Below are positions 1 to 10,891 of a DNA stretch of 64,000 bases, piece by piece. The position numbers and the translations under genes are program-made. The stretch is from an uncultured virus (IMG/VR IMGVR_UViG_3300032007_000041). Its lineage: Duplodnaviria > Heunggongvirae > Uroviricota > Caudoviricetes. The notes under the pieces were generated by a model, which did not search any database, was not told where the DNA came from, and saw only the letters and a program-made list of their open reading frames with translations. Position 1 is the stretch's first letter; each line of letters starts with the position of its first letter. Where the stretch lies: the IMG/VR virus record IMGVR_UViG_3300032007_000041, one strand, 5' to 3'.

Positions 1-858
1 ATTCATATTATTTAATTCATTATATAACGTTTGTATTTTGGTATTATTTATTTTATTATTATTAATAAAATCATATACTTTTAATTTTAAATAAATTAAA
101 TTAGAAATTTCTTCATATGCAAATGATGTATAGTGTGCAAAATCAATAAATTTATTATATGTTGTATTAGAATTAAAATAATCGTTTAAATAAATTGTTG
201 CATAGTTATTAACAAAATCATTAAAATATATTTTTGGTATACAACATATTACAATATCATTATTTAATATTTTTGTGTTTATTACTCTATGAAACATATT
301 TTCTATAGTTTCACCATTTGTAGCGAAATTATGAACACAAAAACTTTTAACTTTTTTCTGCAAATAGCTTGCCATCGTTTCTTCATCAGAAACATAATAT
401 CCTAATATAGTTGAATTACCAAACAAAAAAATGTTTTTATTCACATTTTTTTGATTTACAGTTCTTCGTTCTCCGTTTTTTATATTCATTGTTTTAGATT
501 GATAATCTTCAACACAAAAAAATGATGAGTGTTGTACGTTATCAGGATTATCATTTGATATTGACAATAAATATTCTTCATCATATTCACGAAAACAATT
601 ATAATATAATTTTTTATTATGTTGAACAACATCTATAAATTTATCTTTTGAAAAATTCTTTAACACAACATTAAATTCATTGTTATATGAATATTTATTA
701 TTGTATACATCGTCAGAAAATATATTACTAATACACCTTTCAAAATTATTTTTATTTATTACGTCTTTAACACACGGTTGTTCTAATAAAAATAATTTCC
801 CACCCCTTATAGAAACATATTTATCTATATCTTTTAAAATTGTATTTATATTTCCCAT
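1..858 (-). CDS. SGNH/GDSL-fold protein (possible sugar O-acyltransferase/esterase), 3' end runs off the window
   Basis: Not in the ORF track; translated by hand from ATG at 858 (GGAGG upstream): MGNINTILKD...IFLFGNSTILG...NFATNG...FIDFAHY. Matches SGNH blocks I, II and V (DxxH). Confidence 0.6.
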   Translation of the reverse strand, partial: MGNINTILKDIDKYVSIRGGKLFLLEQPCVKDVINKNNFERCISNIFSDDVYNNKYSYNNEFNVVLKNFSKDKFIDVVQHNKKLYYNCFREYDEEYLLSISNDNPDNVQHSSFFCVEDYQSKTMNIKNGERRTVNQKNVNKNIFLFGNSTILGYYVSDEETMASYLQKKVKSFCVHNFATNGETIENMFHRVINTKILNNDIVICCIPKIYFNDFVNNYATIYLNDYFNSNTTYNKFIDFAHYTSFAYEEISNLIYLKLKVYDFINNNKINNTKIQTLYNELNNMN

Positions 859-1679
859 TCTTTTTCCTCCATTGAACTAATTTTCCAATCAACCAAGGAA
901 TGTTTATGGCAATATTTACAAAAATTTATTCCTTCATCTTTATTATTTAATTCTATTATCTTATCTAAATTATTTATATTAAAAATATTAACATAATCTT
1001 TTCCATAGACCACTTTATATTTTTTATAAAAATAAACATTGTACTTATCAATATTAGCAGGAATAATACAGGGGAAATAATCTCCGTTCCAATTTAATTG
1101 AGCACATGGAAATACATTATAAAATTCATAATTATTTTTATCTTCATTTTGCTTAATTATGTCAATATCACAAGTATAATTATTACAACATTTGTATTTA
1201 TTATTCCCATCAATATTTAAATTTGTTTTATAAAATTTTTTGCCAACATAATATTTTGAACACAAAATTTCAATATTATGACAAAAACAGTAGTCCTTAA
1301 TTCTATCATTTAATAATATTCCATTTGTTACAATTTTCAAATTAATATTTGGAAAAATTCTTTTTGAAATGTCTAGTATTTCAAAAAGTTTGCTATGTAA
1401 TAATGGTTCTCCACCCATTAAACTAATTCCATAAAATTTTTTATCTTTAATAATAAACTTAATCCTATTTAATAAATTTTCAAAAACCTGAACACCTATT
1501 TCTTTGTGTTTATAAACTAATGGGGCAAAATGGTCGCAGTAAGCACAATTTAAATTACAATCTTCAACAATAGATATATCTATTTTTCCTAATCCATTTT
1601 TTCGATATGATAATTCATCTATATATTTTTTTATTGTATGCATATCTTTTTTTACTAATAAATCTATCATACCAATCAA
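846..1679 (-). CDS. Radical SAM protein with short C-terminal Cys (twitch-like) domain
   Basis: CNLNCAYC-DHFAPL, MGGEPLL, VTNG, C-terminal ..PC..FCKYC. Confidence 0.9.
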   Translation of the reverse strand: MIGMIDLLVKKDMHTIKKYIDELSYRKNGLGKIDISIVEDCNLNCAYCDHFAPLVYKHKEIGVQVFENLLNRIKFIIKDKKFYGISLMGGEPLLHSKLFEILDISKRIFPNINLKIVTNGILLNDRIKDYCFCHNIEILCSKYYVGKKFYKTNLNIDGNNKYKCCNNYTCDIDIIKQNEDKNNYEFYNVFPCAQLNWNGDYFPCIIPANIDKYNVYFYKKYKVVYGKDYVNIFNINNLDKIIELNNKDEGINFCKYCHKHSLVDWKISSMEEKEWEI

Positions 1680-1680
1680 C

Positions 1681-2544
1681 TCACCCCATGATTAATTTAA
1701 GAATTAAGTCATCTTTTTTCATAAATAATTTATTTTCTATTTCATTTTTTGTTATATTTAAATTTTGCTCTACATTATCATCAATATTAAATAACGAAAG
1801 ATAATCAGTTAAACCATCATCTTGTGACTTATTTTTCGGAGAATAATGTACTTTTTTACCTAACCACAAAAATTCAAATATCATTTTCCCTATATTTTCA
1901 GAATATATTCCTTTTGTTATTTCTCTCCACCGTTGATATTCTAATTTATTATACATCATATATTTAAATTTAATTTCATCTGTATCTTCAGTATTTCTTA
2001 CGCTTTCATTAAATACCTGATTTATTACTGGAAATTTATTTTTTATAAATTCTAACCTTTCATTTGAAAATTTATGATAATATAAATAATAATTATTCCT
2101 ATAAAAATTCATATTAATTCGATTACCTAAAACAAAAACATTTTCCATCTGTTCAATATAATTATTTTTTATATTGTTATTTGTAATGTAATCATAAAAC
2201 ATTAAGCCTGAATCCAAAACAATTATTTTATTATAACAAAATTTCAAACAAGATAAATATTTTGTAATAGAAAATGAAACAATTAAAACATTAAATTTAT
2301 TATTTTTATAAAATTTATCAATATTATTTATATCTATAAATTCACAATTTACTTTATTAAGAGGTAAAGATTTATATATAGTTTTTATGTATAACATTTG
2401 TTCTTGTAGCTTCAAGCAATCAATAAAAATATAACATTTTAAATTAACTACACCATATTTTTTTAAATTGAAATATAAATCAAACAAAGATGTGGTTATT
2501 CCATTCATTTGTGGATAAAACAATATAATCCCAACATTATCCAT
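1681..2544 (-). CDS. Divergent GT-B-like glycosyltransferase, ENIGKMIFEF family copy 1
   Basis: Paralogous to 7137..8048 and 34545..35699; ENIGKMIFEF resembles the GT4 E-x7-E motif. Confidence 0.5.
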   Translation of the reverse strand: MDNVGIILFYPQMNGITTSLFDLYFNLKKYGVVNLKCYIFIDCLKLQEQMLYIKTIYKSLPLNKVNCEFIDINNIDKFYKNNKFNVLIVSFSITKYLSCLKFCYNKIIVLDSGLMFYDYITNNNIKNNYIEQMENVFVLGNRINMNFYRNNYYLYYHKFSNERLEFIKNKFPVINQVFNESVRNTEDTDEIKFKYMMYNKLEYQRWREITKGIYSENIGKMIFEFLWLGKKVHYSPKNKSQDDGLTDYLSLFNIDDNVEQNLNITKNEIENKLFMKKDDLILKLIMG

Positions 2545-3527
2545 TATTCTATCATACCTTTTATAATATTCTTTAAATTGTTTTCATCTTTTATTTTTAA
2601 TATAATATTTCCTTTTTTTGTGACATAATTGTTATTTTTGATTTTAAAAAATAAATCATTTAAACATTCATCATATAAATTATTTATTATTACTAAATAG
2701 TTATAATTATAATATTTTTGTATTGCTTTTAAAACATTAATCTTCTTTTCTATATCAAAATCAATAAAATACGATATATCAAAATGTAATTGGTTTACAT
2801 CAATTTTTAAATCGGTTAAAACAATAGCTTTTCCTTTATACAACTGATAAAACTCATTATATAACATTCTCATATATTGAATTTGTGGATAAACATTCAT
2901 TATTCTCTTAATATTTTTTCTAATAAAAAATTTTGCTATTGGATAATCACAAAATTTATAATTTTTTGTTTTTGAAACATATCTAAAAATAATTTCATCA
3001 TCTGCCATACGTTTATATCTTAAATCCCACCCACCAAATTTATCATAACAAATTCTTTTATGAGCAAAAGAACAAGTGTCAACTTGATTATTTTCAAATA
3101 TATCAACTTTAGAACAATCTAATCCTTTTTCTTCTATTTTACCATTATCATATACAATTAAATATTTTGTTGTAATAACTTCTGTATTTTTATCAATATA
3201 ATTTAATAATTTTTCACAACAATATTTATCAACCTGGTCATCATCATCAGGATAAATTACCCATTCACCGGTTGAATGTTCAACACCATAATTTCTTGCA
3301 TAACAATGTCCATGATTTTTATCAAACCTATATAAAAATACTCTATCATCATTTAATTTATCAATAAAATTTTTCTTTAATTTATATTGATTTTTTTCGG
3401 AACAATCATCTACAACAATTAGTTCTATATTTTTATATGTTTGATTTACAATTGCTTGCACAGATAGCTTGAAATATTCATACCTATTAAAAGTTGGCAT
3501 TATAAAAGAAAATTTTATTCCATCCAT
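2544..3527 (-). CDS. Glycosyltransferase family 2
   Basis: SFIMPTFNR, ELIVVDDCS, ARNYGV, YPDDDD. Confidence 0.9.
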   Translation of the reverse strand: MDGIKFSFIMPTFNRYEYFKLSVQAIVNQTYKNIELIVVDDCSEKNQYKLKKNFIDKLNDDRVFLYRFDKNHGHCYARNYGVEHSTGEWVIYPDDDDQVDKYCCEKLLNYIDKNTEVITTKYLIVYDNGKIEEKGLDCSKVDIFENNQVDTCSFAHKRICYDKFGGWDLRYKRMADDEIIFRYVSKTKNYKFCDYPIAKFFIRKNIKRIMNVYPQIQYMRMLYNEFYQLYKGKAIVLTDLKIDVNQLHFDISYFIDFDIEKKINVLKAIQKYYNYNYLVIINNLYDECLNDLFFKIKNNNYVTKKGNIILKIKDENNLKNIIKGMIE

Positions 3528-4279
3528 TCGTTCTTATCCTTTTTAGATTTTTCCCACTCTATATTTTCAATTGGTTTTCTACAATATTTACAAAAATCGT
3601 TCTTGTGAGTATAAAAATTACAGATTGTCTCATCTGTAACTGAATCATCATATATATCTAATATGTCACCATCTTTTACTACAAAATTTTCATTAAAATA
3701 GTCATTAAATATATCTATATATGCTTGTATTGGGCATAAAAACAATTTCCCATCTTTTAGTTGTATACTTTCCCAATGTATCATACAACAATCAAATTCT
3801 GTTTGTTTTGCTTCATGTGTTAATATATGTTTTCTTAAAATTTTTGTATATTGTTTTTTATTAAAATCTTTTGTTCTAATTCCTTCTATTTCTAACAATT
3901 TGAATATACCTTTATAATCAATGTTTACAGGATATTTAGTTATTTCAACTAAAATATCATATTTTTTTATATACGGTAATAACTCATGTAATCTTTGTAA
4001 CAAAAGTAATCCATTAGTCAAAAAAGAAATATTTGTATTAGGGCTAATCTCTTTTATAGCATCAAAAAATAAACATATATTTTTATGTAATAATGGCTCC
4101 CCACCAAATATCCTAACATTATCCACATTAATTTTATTAGTTAATTGTTTAAAATCTTTTTTAAATTCTTCAACATTAGCAAACCATGATTTTGACAATG
4201 GGGCAAAATGAGCACACCCTTTACAATTTAAATTACAATGGTTTGTAATATGATATTCTATCATTCTAAGATGTTTCAT
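3515..4279 (-). CDS. Radical SAM protein with twitch-like C-terminus
   Basis: CNLNCKGC-AHFAPL, FGGEPLLH, LTNG, FCKYC; paralog of 846..1679. Confidence 0.9.
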   Translation of the reverse strand: MKHLRMIEYHITNHCNLNCKGCAHFAPLSKSWFANVEEFKKDFKQLTNKINVDNVRIFGGEPLLHKNICLFFDAIKEISPNTNISFLTNGLLLLQRLHELLPYIKKYDILVEITKYPVNIDYKGIFKLLEIEGIRTKDFNKKQYTKILRKHILTHEAKQTEFDCCMIHWESIQLKDGKLFLCPIQAYIDIFNDYFNENFVVKDGDILDIYDDSVTDETICNFYTHKNDFCKYCRKPIENIEWEKSKKDKNEWME

Positions 4280-4284
4280 AAAAT

Positions 4285-5526
4285 TTAGACTCCCTTATCT
4301 AATATTTTTTTTATTAACGATATTTTACTTAAATTCTGCCAAGTTGTATCGTCTGTTCTAAAAATATTAATTTTTACATTTTCAATATTTACAATTTTAT
4401 CTAATGGAAAATACATCCATATATTTTTAACTAATTCTTTATCAGCAATTGAATTTGCATTTTTATTAATAGCATATGAATTTTTATAAACATATAAGCA
4501 ACCTGGATTTAATACACAATCTTTAATTTTATTTAAAATTATTTTGCTATCTTCTCCAACGATAAGCCAATCAAAAGCATTTTTTATATCAAATATACTA
4601 GTTCCAATAGTAAACTGTTTTGGATTTATATTTTTATTATTAGTTGATATACAAACCTCATCAACTTTTTTTAATTGCTCCATTTTTAATTCATTCCATT
4701 TATAATTATTTTTTTTATAATCTTCTTTAGTAATAAGTTTTACGTTGTTTAATTTAATATTATCATTTTTTAATAACATATTAAATACTGTTTTACTCAT
4801 ATATGTAATATTTTCATTATCCATCGCCATTGGCAATCCTAATCTTGCTCCACAAAATTGACACCAATACATTTGTTTTTGATAACTAGTTTCTTTCCAC
4901 CAATCTTTTTGAACTTTGAATCCTGTATTACCATCATATAGCATGTCCATAGCTCCAGCCATTTCACAAAAAAAAGCACCATGATTATTAATTACTGCTC
5001 CACAATCATTATTTACCCAACAATTTTTACTTTGCTTAATAAATTCTTCATCAGATATTCCAAGGTCTTTATAATAAACCATAGTTGTAAAATGATTAGT
5101 ATAATTACTATGGTCATTACATCTTAAAGAATGAAATGTATCATCAATATCTTCAAAATAATCATAAAACTGCTTTGGAACACTTGTAAATAATCTTAGT
5201 TTACCATTATTATCAGGCATAGTATTTAAAGCATAATCATATATATCACTAATTGGATAACGAAAAAATCCATACTTTTTTTTGTATTTCGTTTGTAAAT
5301 ATTTCATTATTTCTTTAAAAAATGGATGTAATAATGGTTCTCCACCCATAATTGATATTTGCCCATTCCAATTATCCAATGAATCTATTGCATTTTTTAC
5401 ATCATGCAAATTCATAAAATATGGATTATTATTCAATTGACAAAATCTCATACAATTAGCACATTTATTTACACATGAATTTGTAATATCTATCAAAATA
5501 GATTTTTTATCTTTAATTAATTTCAT
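4285..5526 (-). CDS. Radical SAM protein
   Basis: CVNKCANC, MGGEPLLHP, CW...CG...FFCE...CQFCG. Confidence 0.85.
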   Translation of the reverse strand: MKLIKDKKSILIDITNSCVNKCANCMRFCQLNNNPYFMNLHDVKNAIDSLDNWNGQISIMGGEPLLHPFFKEIMKYLQTKYKKKYGFFRYPISDIYDYALNTMPDNNGKLRLFTSVPKQFYDYFEDIDDTFHSLRCNDHSNYTNHFTTMVYYKDLGISDEEFIKQSKNCWVNNDCGAVINNHGAFFCEMAGAMDMLYDGNTGFKVQKDWWKETSYQKQMYWCQFCGARLGLPMAMDNENITYMSKTVFNMLLKNDNIKLNNVKLITKEDYKKNNYKWNELKMEQLKKVDEVCISTNNKNINPKQFTIGTSIFDIKNAFDWLIVGEDSKIILNKIKDCVLNPGCLYVYKNSYAINKNANSIADKELVKNIWMYFPLDKIVNIENVKINIFRTDDTTWQNLSKISLIKKILDKGV

Positions 5527-5531
5527 TATAA

Positions 5532-7121
5532 TTATTCCTTATACGAAACTTTATTTTCAATAATTAACCCATCTAATTTTTCTTGATACATTCTATACAT
5601 ATCACTAAAATAATTAAAAATTGGTAATCCACTATCATTAAACGATGTATTAATTAAAATTGCAACTCCTGTTTTGTTGCCAAACGCATATAACAAATTA
5701 TATAACCATTTATCATCTTTTTCACTAACTGTTTGTATACGAATTGTTCCATCTTTATGTATAGCACCTAACAAATTATCAATTTTAGGTTTAGCTAAAA
5801 TATTCATATATGGAACTTGAATATTAATGTCAAAATATTCACTTATTTTATCATCAGGTACAATAATTCCGTATGGTCTATACCATTCTCTACCTTTAAT
5901 GGTATTTAATCTATCATGCATTTCTTTATGAAATGGAGAAGCCAATATACTACGTCTACCTAACGCCCTAGCTCCCATTTCTATGTTACCACGACAAACG
6001 CCAACAATTTTATCATCATTTAATTTATCAACAAGCTCATCTATATCGAATGTTTTAAATTTATTTTGTTTTCTCTCAAAAATTTCTTTTTCTTCCATAT
6101 TATTCGTACAAGAATAATTATTTGATGAAATATATTTCAATTCATCAGGTTTATAATGCAATAAATAATTTAAAACTGCACCGTATGACTGTCCTGTATC
6201 TGCAACTATAGGAGTATAATATACATGGTTAAACCAATTGGTTTTTTCAATCATATAATTTAGCATACAATTCATAGCGCAACCGCCCGAAAATACTAAA
6301 TTATCACTTTCATGACGATATTGAGCCAATTCTCTCATTATCCAATCAATCCATAATTTTTGCATTGTATATGCTAAATCATACTTATCAAATTCTTTAC
6401 TTTGTTCATCCAAAAAATTATAAATATATGTTTCAATCGCTTCTTTATCTTCCCATATATTCCAATTTACATCTTTTATTGCTTTTTCAAAATCATCAAT
6501 ATTTTTAATCTGAACAAAATTATTAGATAAACCTGCATAAGCCATAAATTTTCCTTCTAAACCTTGTTCGTACTTATGACGCTTATCTAAAAAATAACAA
6601 GAAAGAACTTCATAATACATACCATAAGAAAATTTCTGTTCTTGATATAATTTTGTTAATTTATTATTTTGCCAATGATAGAAAGCATGATTTCCATCAC
6701 CTTTACCATCTATAGATAAGCAAAGTGCGTCCTTTAAATTATTTTCAATTATAGCAGGTAACACATGGTTTTCTTGATGATGGAATTTAATTACATCACA
6801 ACGTTCCAACATTTTAACAAAATCATATGATTCTTTTTTCAAATACCCATCTTTAAATGTTTTATAATTCCAACAAACTACATCAAAATGGTCTACACCA
6901 AATTGTTCTTTGATAATTTTTTGACATTTATATAAATTATTACGAAGTTTATCGTTATAAATTCTATCTATTTCAGGCATATAATCAATTATATCTGAAT
7001 GAAAAGAAAAATGCTTCTTTTTTAAGAATTTTTCTAATTCAATATATTTTAATTCTTTTGTATCTGTATTATAATATGTAACATTATAGTCTTGATAACA
7101 TTGTATTCCTAGAATTTTCAT
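5532..7121 (-). CDS. Carbamoyltransferase (NodU/CmcH family)
   Basis: HHQENH, IDGKGD, EGKFMAYAG, FSGGCAMN, GARALGRRSILA, KGREWYRPY, HKDGTIRIQTV, LINTSFN. Confidence 0.92.
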   Translation of the reverse strand: MKILGIQCYQDYNVTYYNTDTKELKYIELEKFLKKKHFSFHSDIIDYMPEIDRIYNDKLRNNLYKCQKIIKEQFGVDHFDVVCWNYKTFKDGYLKKESYDFVKMLERCDVIKFHHQENHVLPAIIENNLKDALCLSIDGKGDGNHAFYHWQNNKLTKLYQEQKFSYGMYYEVLSCYFLDKRHKYEQGLEGKFMAYAGLSNNFVQIKNIDDFEKAIKDVNWNIWEDKEAIETYIYNFLDEQSKEFDKYDLAYTMQKLWIDWIMRELAQYRHESDNLVFSGGCAMNCMLNYMIEKTNWFNHVYYTPIVADTGQSYGAVLNYLLHYKPDELKYISSNNYSCTNNMEEKEIFERKQNKFKTFDIDELVDKLNDDKIVGVCRGNIEMGARALGRRSILASPFHKEMHDRLNTIKGREWYRPYGIIVPDDKISEYFDINIQVPYMNILAKPKIDNLLGAIHKDGTIRIQTVSEKDDKWLYNLLYAFGNKTGVAILINTSFNDSGLPIFNYFSDMYRMYQEKLDGLIIENKVSYKE

Positions 7122-7136
7122 ATATCCAACTTCTTT

Positions 7137-8048
7137 CTAAAACAATGATAAAAATTCATCATTTGATTGCATAAATAATTTTTCTTCAAAATATTGTTTT
7201 TCTTTGTTTGTAAAAATATATGTATTATTATCATCTAAATCCAAATAATTCATATATTCACTTAAACCATCATAAAACTTTTTGTTTTTTGGTAAATACT
7301 GTGATTCTTTCCCCAATAAAATAAATTCAAACATTAATTTACCAATATTTTCGTAATATCTCGCACCATCATCTGTGTATAAATTATCATTATTTTTTTT
7401 ATCATATCTATAATATAAATATTTTTTATAATCAAACGGTTTAATATTATTACCATTTATTTTATTTTTATAATAATCTTCTGCAATTAAAATATCATTT
7501 TTTGTTGTAGATAACTTCTTTAATTTTTCTATTCGTTCTTTAGAAAATTTCATATACCAAATAAAATTATCTTCCACAAATTTAGAATTATATTGATTGC
7601 AAACTGTCAAAACTTTGTGTTCCTTTATATAATTTATTTCATCATTGTATATTGTTAAATCTTTTTGTTGTTTTTTATATATAAATGCAGGATATAATAA
7701 AATCTCTTGTTTTGCAGATTGTTTAAAACGATTATTTTTTTGCAATTTGATTATTTCTGAACTTATGATATTTATATCACCTTTTATATTATAAGTCATT
7801 TTTTTATGTTTAATGATACTTGTATTTCCATACGTATCCATGTATTTTCCAACCCATAAAGGCAAATAACAAATACCATCACCAAATGCTAAATATTCCC
7901 TAAATCGTCTTAACAAATTTTTATCTTCGTATAAAATAATAAATCTTACATCATGATTTGTAAACTTTCTTAAATTATAAAATGTATCTTCAAATGATGT
8001 ATAAGCTCCATTTAATTCATAAAACAAATAAATTAAGTTAATTTTCAT
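7137..8048 (-). CDS. Divergent GT-B-like glycosyltransferase, ENIGKMIFEF family copy 2
   Basis: NGAYTSFED..YNL, MKFSKER, ENIGKLMFEF, DGLSEY shared with paralogs. Confidence 0.5.
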   Translation of the reverse strand: MKINLIYLFYELNGAYTSFEDTFYNLRKFTNHDVRFIILYEDKNLLRRFREYLAFGDGICYLPLWVGKYMDTYGNTSIIKHKKMTYNIKGDINIISSEIIKLQKNNRFKQSAKQEILLYPAFIYKKQQKDLTIYNDEINYIKEHKVLTVCNQYNSKFVEDNFIWYMKFSKERIEKLKKLSTTKNDILIAEDYYKNKINGNNIKPFDYKKYLYYRYDKKNNDNLYTDDGARYYENIGKLMFEFILLGKESQYLPKNKKFYDGLSEYMNYLDLDDNNTYIFTNKEKQYFEEKLFMQSNDEFLSLF

Positions 8049-9183
8049 CGTCTACACTCTCAATACATTCATTGATTTTTTTCATAATATTATTTATATC
8101 ATATTTTTTTGCTTCGTCTAAACAATTTTGTCTCATATTAGATTTGCCAATCTTCATAATTTTATCCATATTTTCATCAAAATTATTATCGATTAACCAT
8201 CCATTATATCCATCTTTAATAAGGTAATTCATTACTTTACATTCTTTAAACCCAACTATGGGTACACCATACGATAATGCTTCTATAATAACTGTCGGCA
8301 ATCCTTCATATTTTGATGGAACAACCAAAACATCTGCATTTTTGTAAAATGCACTTACATTTTCTTGATAACCGTAATAATGTATATTTGGATAATTATA
8401 TTTATCCATATCTATATATCCAAAACCTTTATAACTATATCCGACTACATCACATTCATAATCTGTATTTTTAACCCAATCTAACAATATATGTGTTCTT
8501 TTTGTATCACTATTAATACGCCCAACATATAATATTTTATTTCTATTAGATTTAATATCAATATTATTCGGGATATCTATGCAATTATAAAAGACAACCG
8601 ACTTTTCTTTATATTTTTCACTTATATATTGCGGTAATAAAAAAGCCAATATATCACAATTTTTTAATACTAATTCATATAAACTTTTTTCATCTTTTAA
8701 AATTTCTTGTTTACGAATATAATCCATAGCACGAATATGAGTAATAGTATCCATCATAAACTGCGGTTCATTATGAAAAAACATAATAATTGGTATTTTA
8801 GAAACTTTTGATATAATTGTCCAAAATAATGCATCTTGTCCACAACTAGCATTACAAAATATACATTTAGGTTTTATATTTCTAATTTTAACTACATAAT
8901 CATTAATTAGTCCACGAGATAAATATGTATTTATATTTGTATGTATTGTAACATTATCAATATCAACACATTTTTCTCCTGAAATAAATAAATGGACATT
9001 ATATTTTTTGCTCAATTCATTGCAAATTTTTAATGTATATCTTTCTGCTCCCCACAAATAATTATGTGTTTCTCTTTTACCCATACTATTTGTAACGACT
9101 ACTGTATTATTGTCACCTATATATGTATCAAATTTATTTCCTATCATAAATTGCAATAGAAACATATCATTTTTTGTATTCAC
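8038..9183 (-). CDS. Glycosyltransferase family 4 (GT-B)
   Basis: GAER, ILYVGRI, ADVLVVPSKYEGLPTVIIEALSYGVPIV, IKDGYNGWL. Confidence 0.92.
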   Translation of the reverse strand: MNTKNDMFLLQFMIGNKFDTYIGDNNTVVVTNSMGKRETHNYLWGAERYTLKICNELSKKYNVHLFISGEKCVDIDNVTIHTNINTYLSRGLINDYVVKIRNIKPKCIFCNASCGQDALFWTIISKVSKIPIIMFFHNEPQFMMDTITHIRAMDYIRKQEILKDEKSLYELVLKNCDILAFLLPQYISEKYKEKSVVFYNCIDIPNNIDIKSNRNKILYVGRINSDTKRTHILLDWVKNTDYECDVVGYSYKGFGYIDMDKYNYPNIHYYGYQENVSAFYKNADVLVVPSKYEGLPTVIIEALSYGVPIVGFKECKVMNYLIKDGYNGWLIDNNFDENMDKIMKIGKSNMRQNCLDEAKKYDINNIMKKINECIESVDDEN

Positions 9184-10006
9184 GGCAAGCCATCCTCAAA
9201 AGTTTAGTTTCGTATTCTTTATTTATTCTATCTTCTGCATACATCTTCCAAATTTCACCAAATAAAGAACTTTTCTTCCACGGTTTAGGATTACTAGCAA
9301 AATGTAAAATTCGTATATTATCAGATTTTATTTTTTCACCATAAATACGAATTAATTCATTAAACCTATATTTGCTATATGTATTAGCTAAAAAATTATA
9401 TCCATAACTAATATATTTTATTTTCCCTAAAAATGCTTTATTTAAAACATCTTGCTCCCATAAAAAACCTTTATTTTCTTTTAGTTCTTTATTCAATTCG
9501 TCATAATAAACATACATTGTTTTATCTTTATCTATTATACTTTCTCTAATCTTTTTTAAATTAAAATACACATTACCTGCATTAAAATATGAAAATCCAT
9601 TTATTTTGTCTCTTACTGCTCCACAAAAATAATCTGATATATTGATATTAAATATATCAGATATATCTTTTATAACAATAGTATCTGAATCAATATGAAA
9701 TACTGTATCACAATCTAATAAATTATGTAACAATAATTTGTAATATACAACACCTGCATTATCATCTGATACAAAAATATTTTTATCTATATAAATTGGT
9801 ATTATATGAAAATCATCACTATCTAAACTTTTAATATCCTGTATATCTTTAAATTCTATACATAATAAATAAACATCGTAACAAATGTCACGATGTTTAT
9901 TGAATTTCAATGATTTCATTGAAATATATGTTTGAAATAGATAAGATTGATTTGTCATATAAACTATATTAAAACAGTTTTCCTGACAACTCATAATAAG
10001 CCTCAC
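9167..10006 (-). CDS. Glycosyltransferase family 8 (true start probably the Met at 9994)
   Basis: HIDSDTIV (DxD), YFNAGN, EQDVLN, ILHFASNPKPW. Confidence 0.9.
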   Translation of the reverse strand: MRLIMSCQENCFNIVYMTNQSYLFQTYISMKSLKFNKHRDICYDVYLLCIEFKDIQDIKSLDSDDFHIIPIYIDKNIFVSDDNAGVVYYKLLLHNLLDCDTVFHIDSDTIVIKDISDIFNINISDYFCGAVRDKINGFSYFNAGNVYFNLKKIRESIIDKDKTMYVYYDELNKELKENKGFLWEQDVLNKAFLGKIKYISYGYNFLANTYSKYRFNELIRIYGEKIKSDNIRILHFASNPKPWKKSSLFGEIWKMYAEDRINKEYETKLLRMACREYKK

Positions 10007-10604
10007 TAATTTCTTGTTTTGTCTTTGCAGCTTTAATCTTTTCTTTATATTCTTTATATTTCATATAAACTGCATCAATAGCATTAAAATCATCAAGAGA
10101 ATCAAGATATTCTGAAAGTTTTTCTAGTGTTTCTGTATCGCCACTATTAATTACTTCCAAATATTTTTCTTCCCTATTTTCATCTGTAATAAAGAAACCT
10201 TTAGCTTCAAGATAATGGTTTAATTTAAAGAAATGATATAATTCAAAATTAGAAATCATTAATTGATTACTAATTAATTCATTAATCATTCTTAATGTTT
10301 TTTCTTTATAAGCATCTAAAACATCTTCGTCTGTTTCTTCTTGTAATTGTTCTACCTTAATTAAATCAGATACATCATATACTTTACTAGCATCTATTTC
10401 TCCATCAATATAAATAAGCATACGTGGTTCACGATGTTCCAAATCTAATTCTTGAACAACATAAGTATATGCTTCTGGTGTTAACCAAACATATTCTTTA
10501 TTACTTAGCAAAACTTGTTCCATATCTAATTTCTGAAATGGTTCAATTAAAAAATTTTTACCATCTTGTTCAAGAGTTTTACAAAAAAAATTCATTGTCG
10601 CCAT
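9969..10604 (-). CDS. Hypothetical protein in the radical SAM/Cys-rich protein operon
   Basis: 211-aa ORF overlapping its neighbours; no motif recognised. Confidence 0.7.
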   Translation of the reverse strand: MATMNFFCKTLEQDGKNFLIEPFQKLDMEQVLLSNKEYVWLTPEAYTYVVQELDLEHREPRMLIYIDGEIDASKVYDVSDLIKVEQLQEETDEDVLDAYKEKTLRMINELISNQLMISNFELYHFFKLNHYLEAKGFFITDENREEKYLEVINSGDTETLEKLSEYLDSLDDFNAIDAVYMKYKEYKEKIKAAKTKQEISEAYYELSGKLF

Positions 10605-10870
10605 TATTCTGTCTCCTTATTAATTTCTTCAATAATACTATCAATATTTTTTTCTTCTTTTTCTTCTTTTAATTGTACGTTTTCATCATAGTCTAATCCA
10701 TATTTTCTTCCCATACTTATCATAGACATAGATATAATACTATTAATAGCTTGATATGCAACCTTATCTAACGGATAAATCATTTGACGAGCCATTTCTA
10801 AAAAATTTCGTTCCGTCAACATAAATTCCAAAATTTTCTGTTTTTCTTCTTTTGTTTGTTCTTTTATCAA
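10604..10870 (-). CDS. Hypothetical protein
   Basis: 88-aa ORF, GAAAGGA RBS before a TTG start, overlaps the next start. Confidence 0.65.
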   Translation of the reverse strand: MIKEQTKEEKQKILEFMLTERNFLEMARQMIYPLDKVAYQAINSIISMSMISMGRKYGLDYDENVQLKEEKEEKNIDSIIEEINKETE

Positions 10871-10891
10871 AATACTATATCCTTTCTTATA

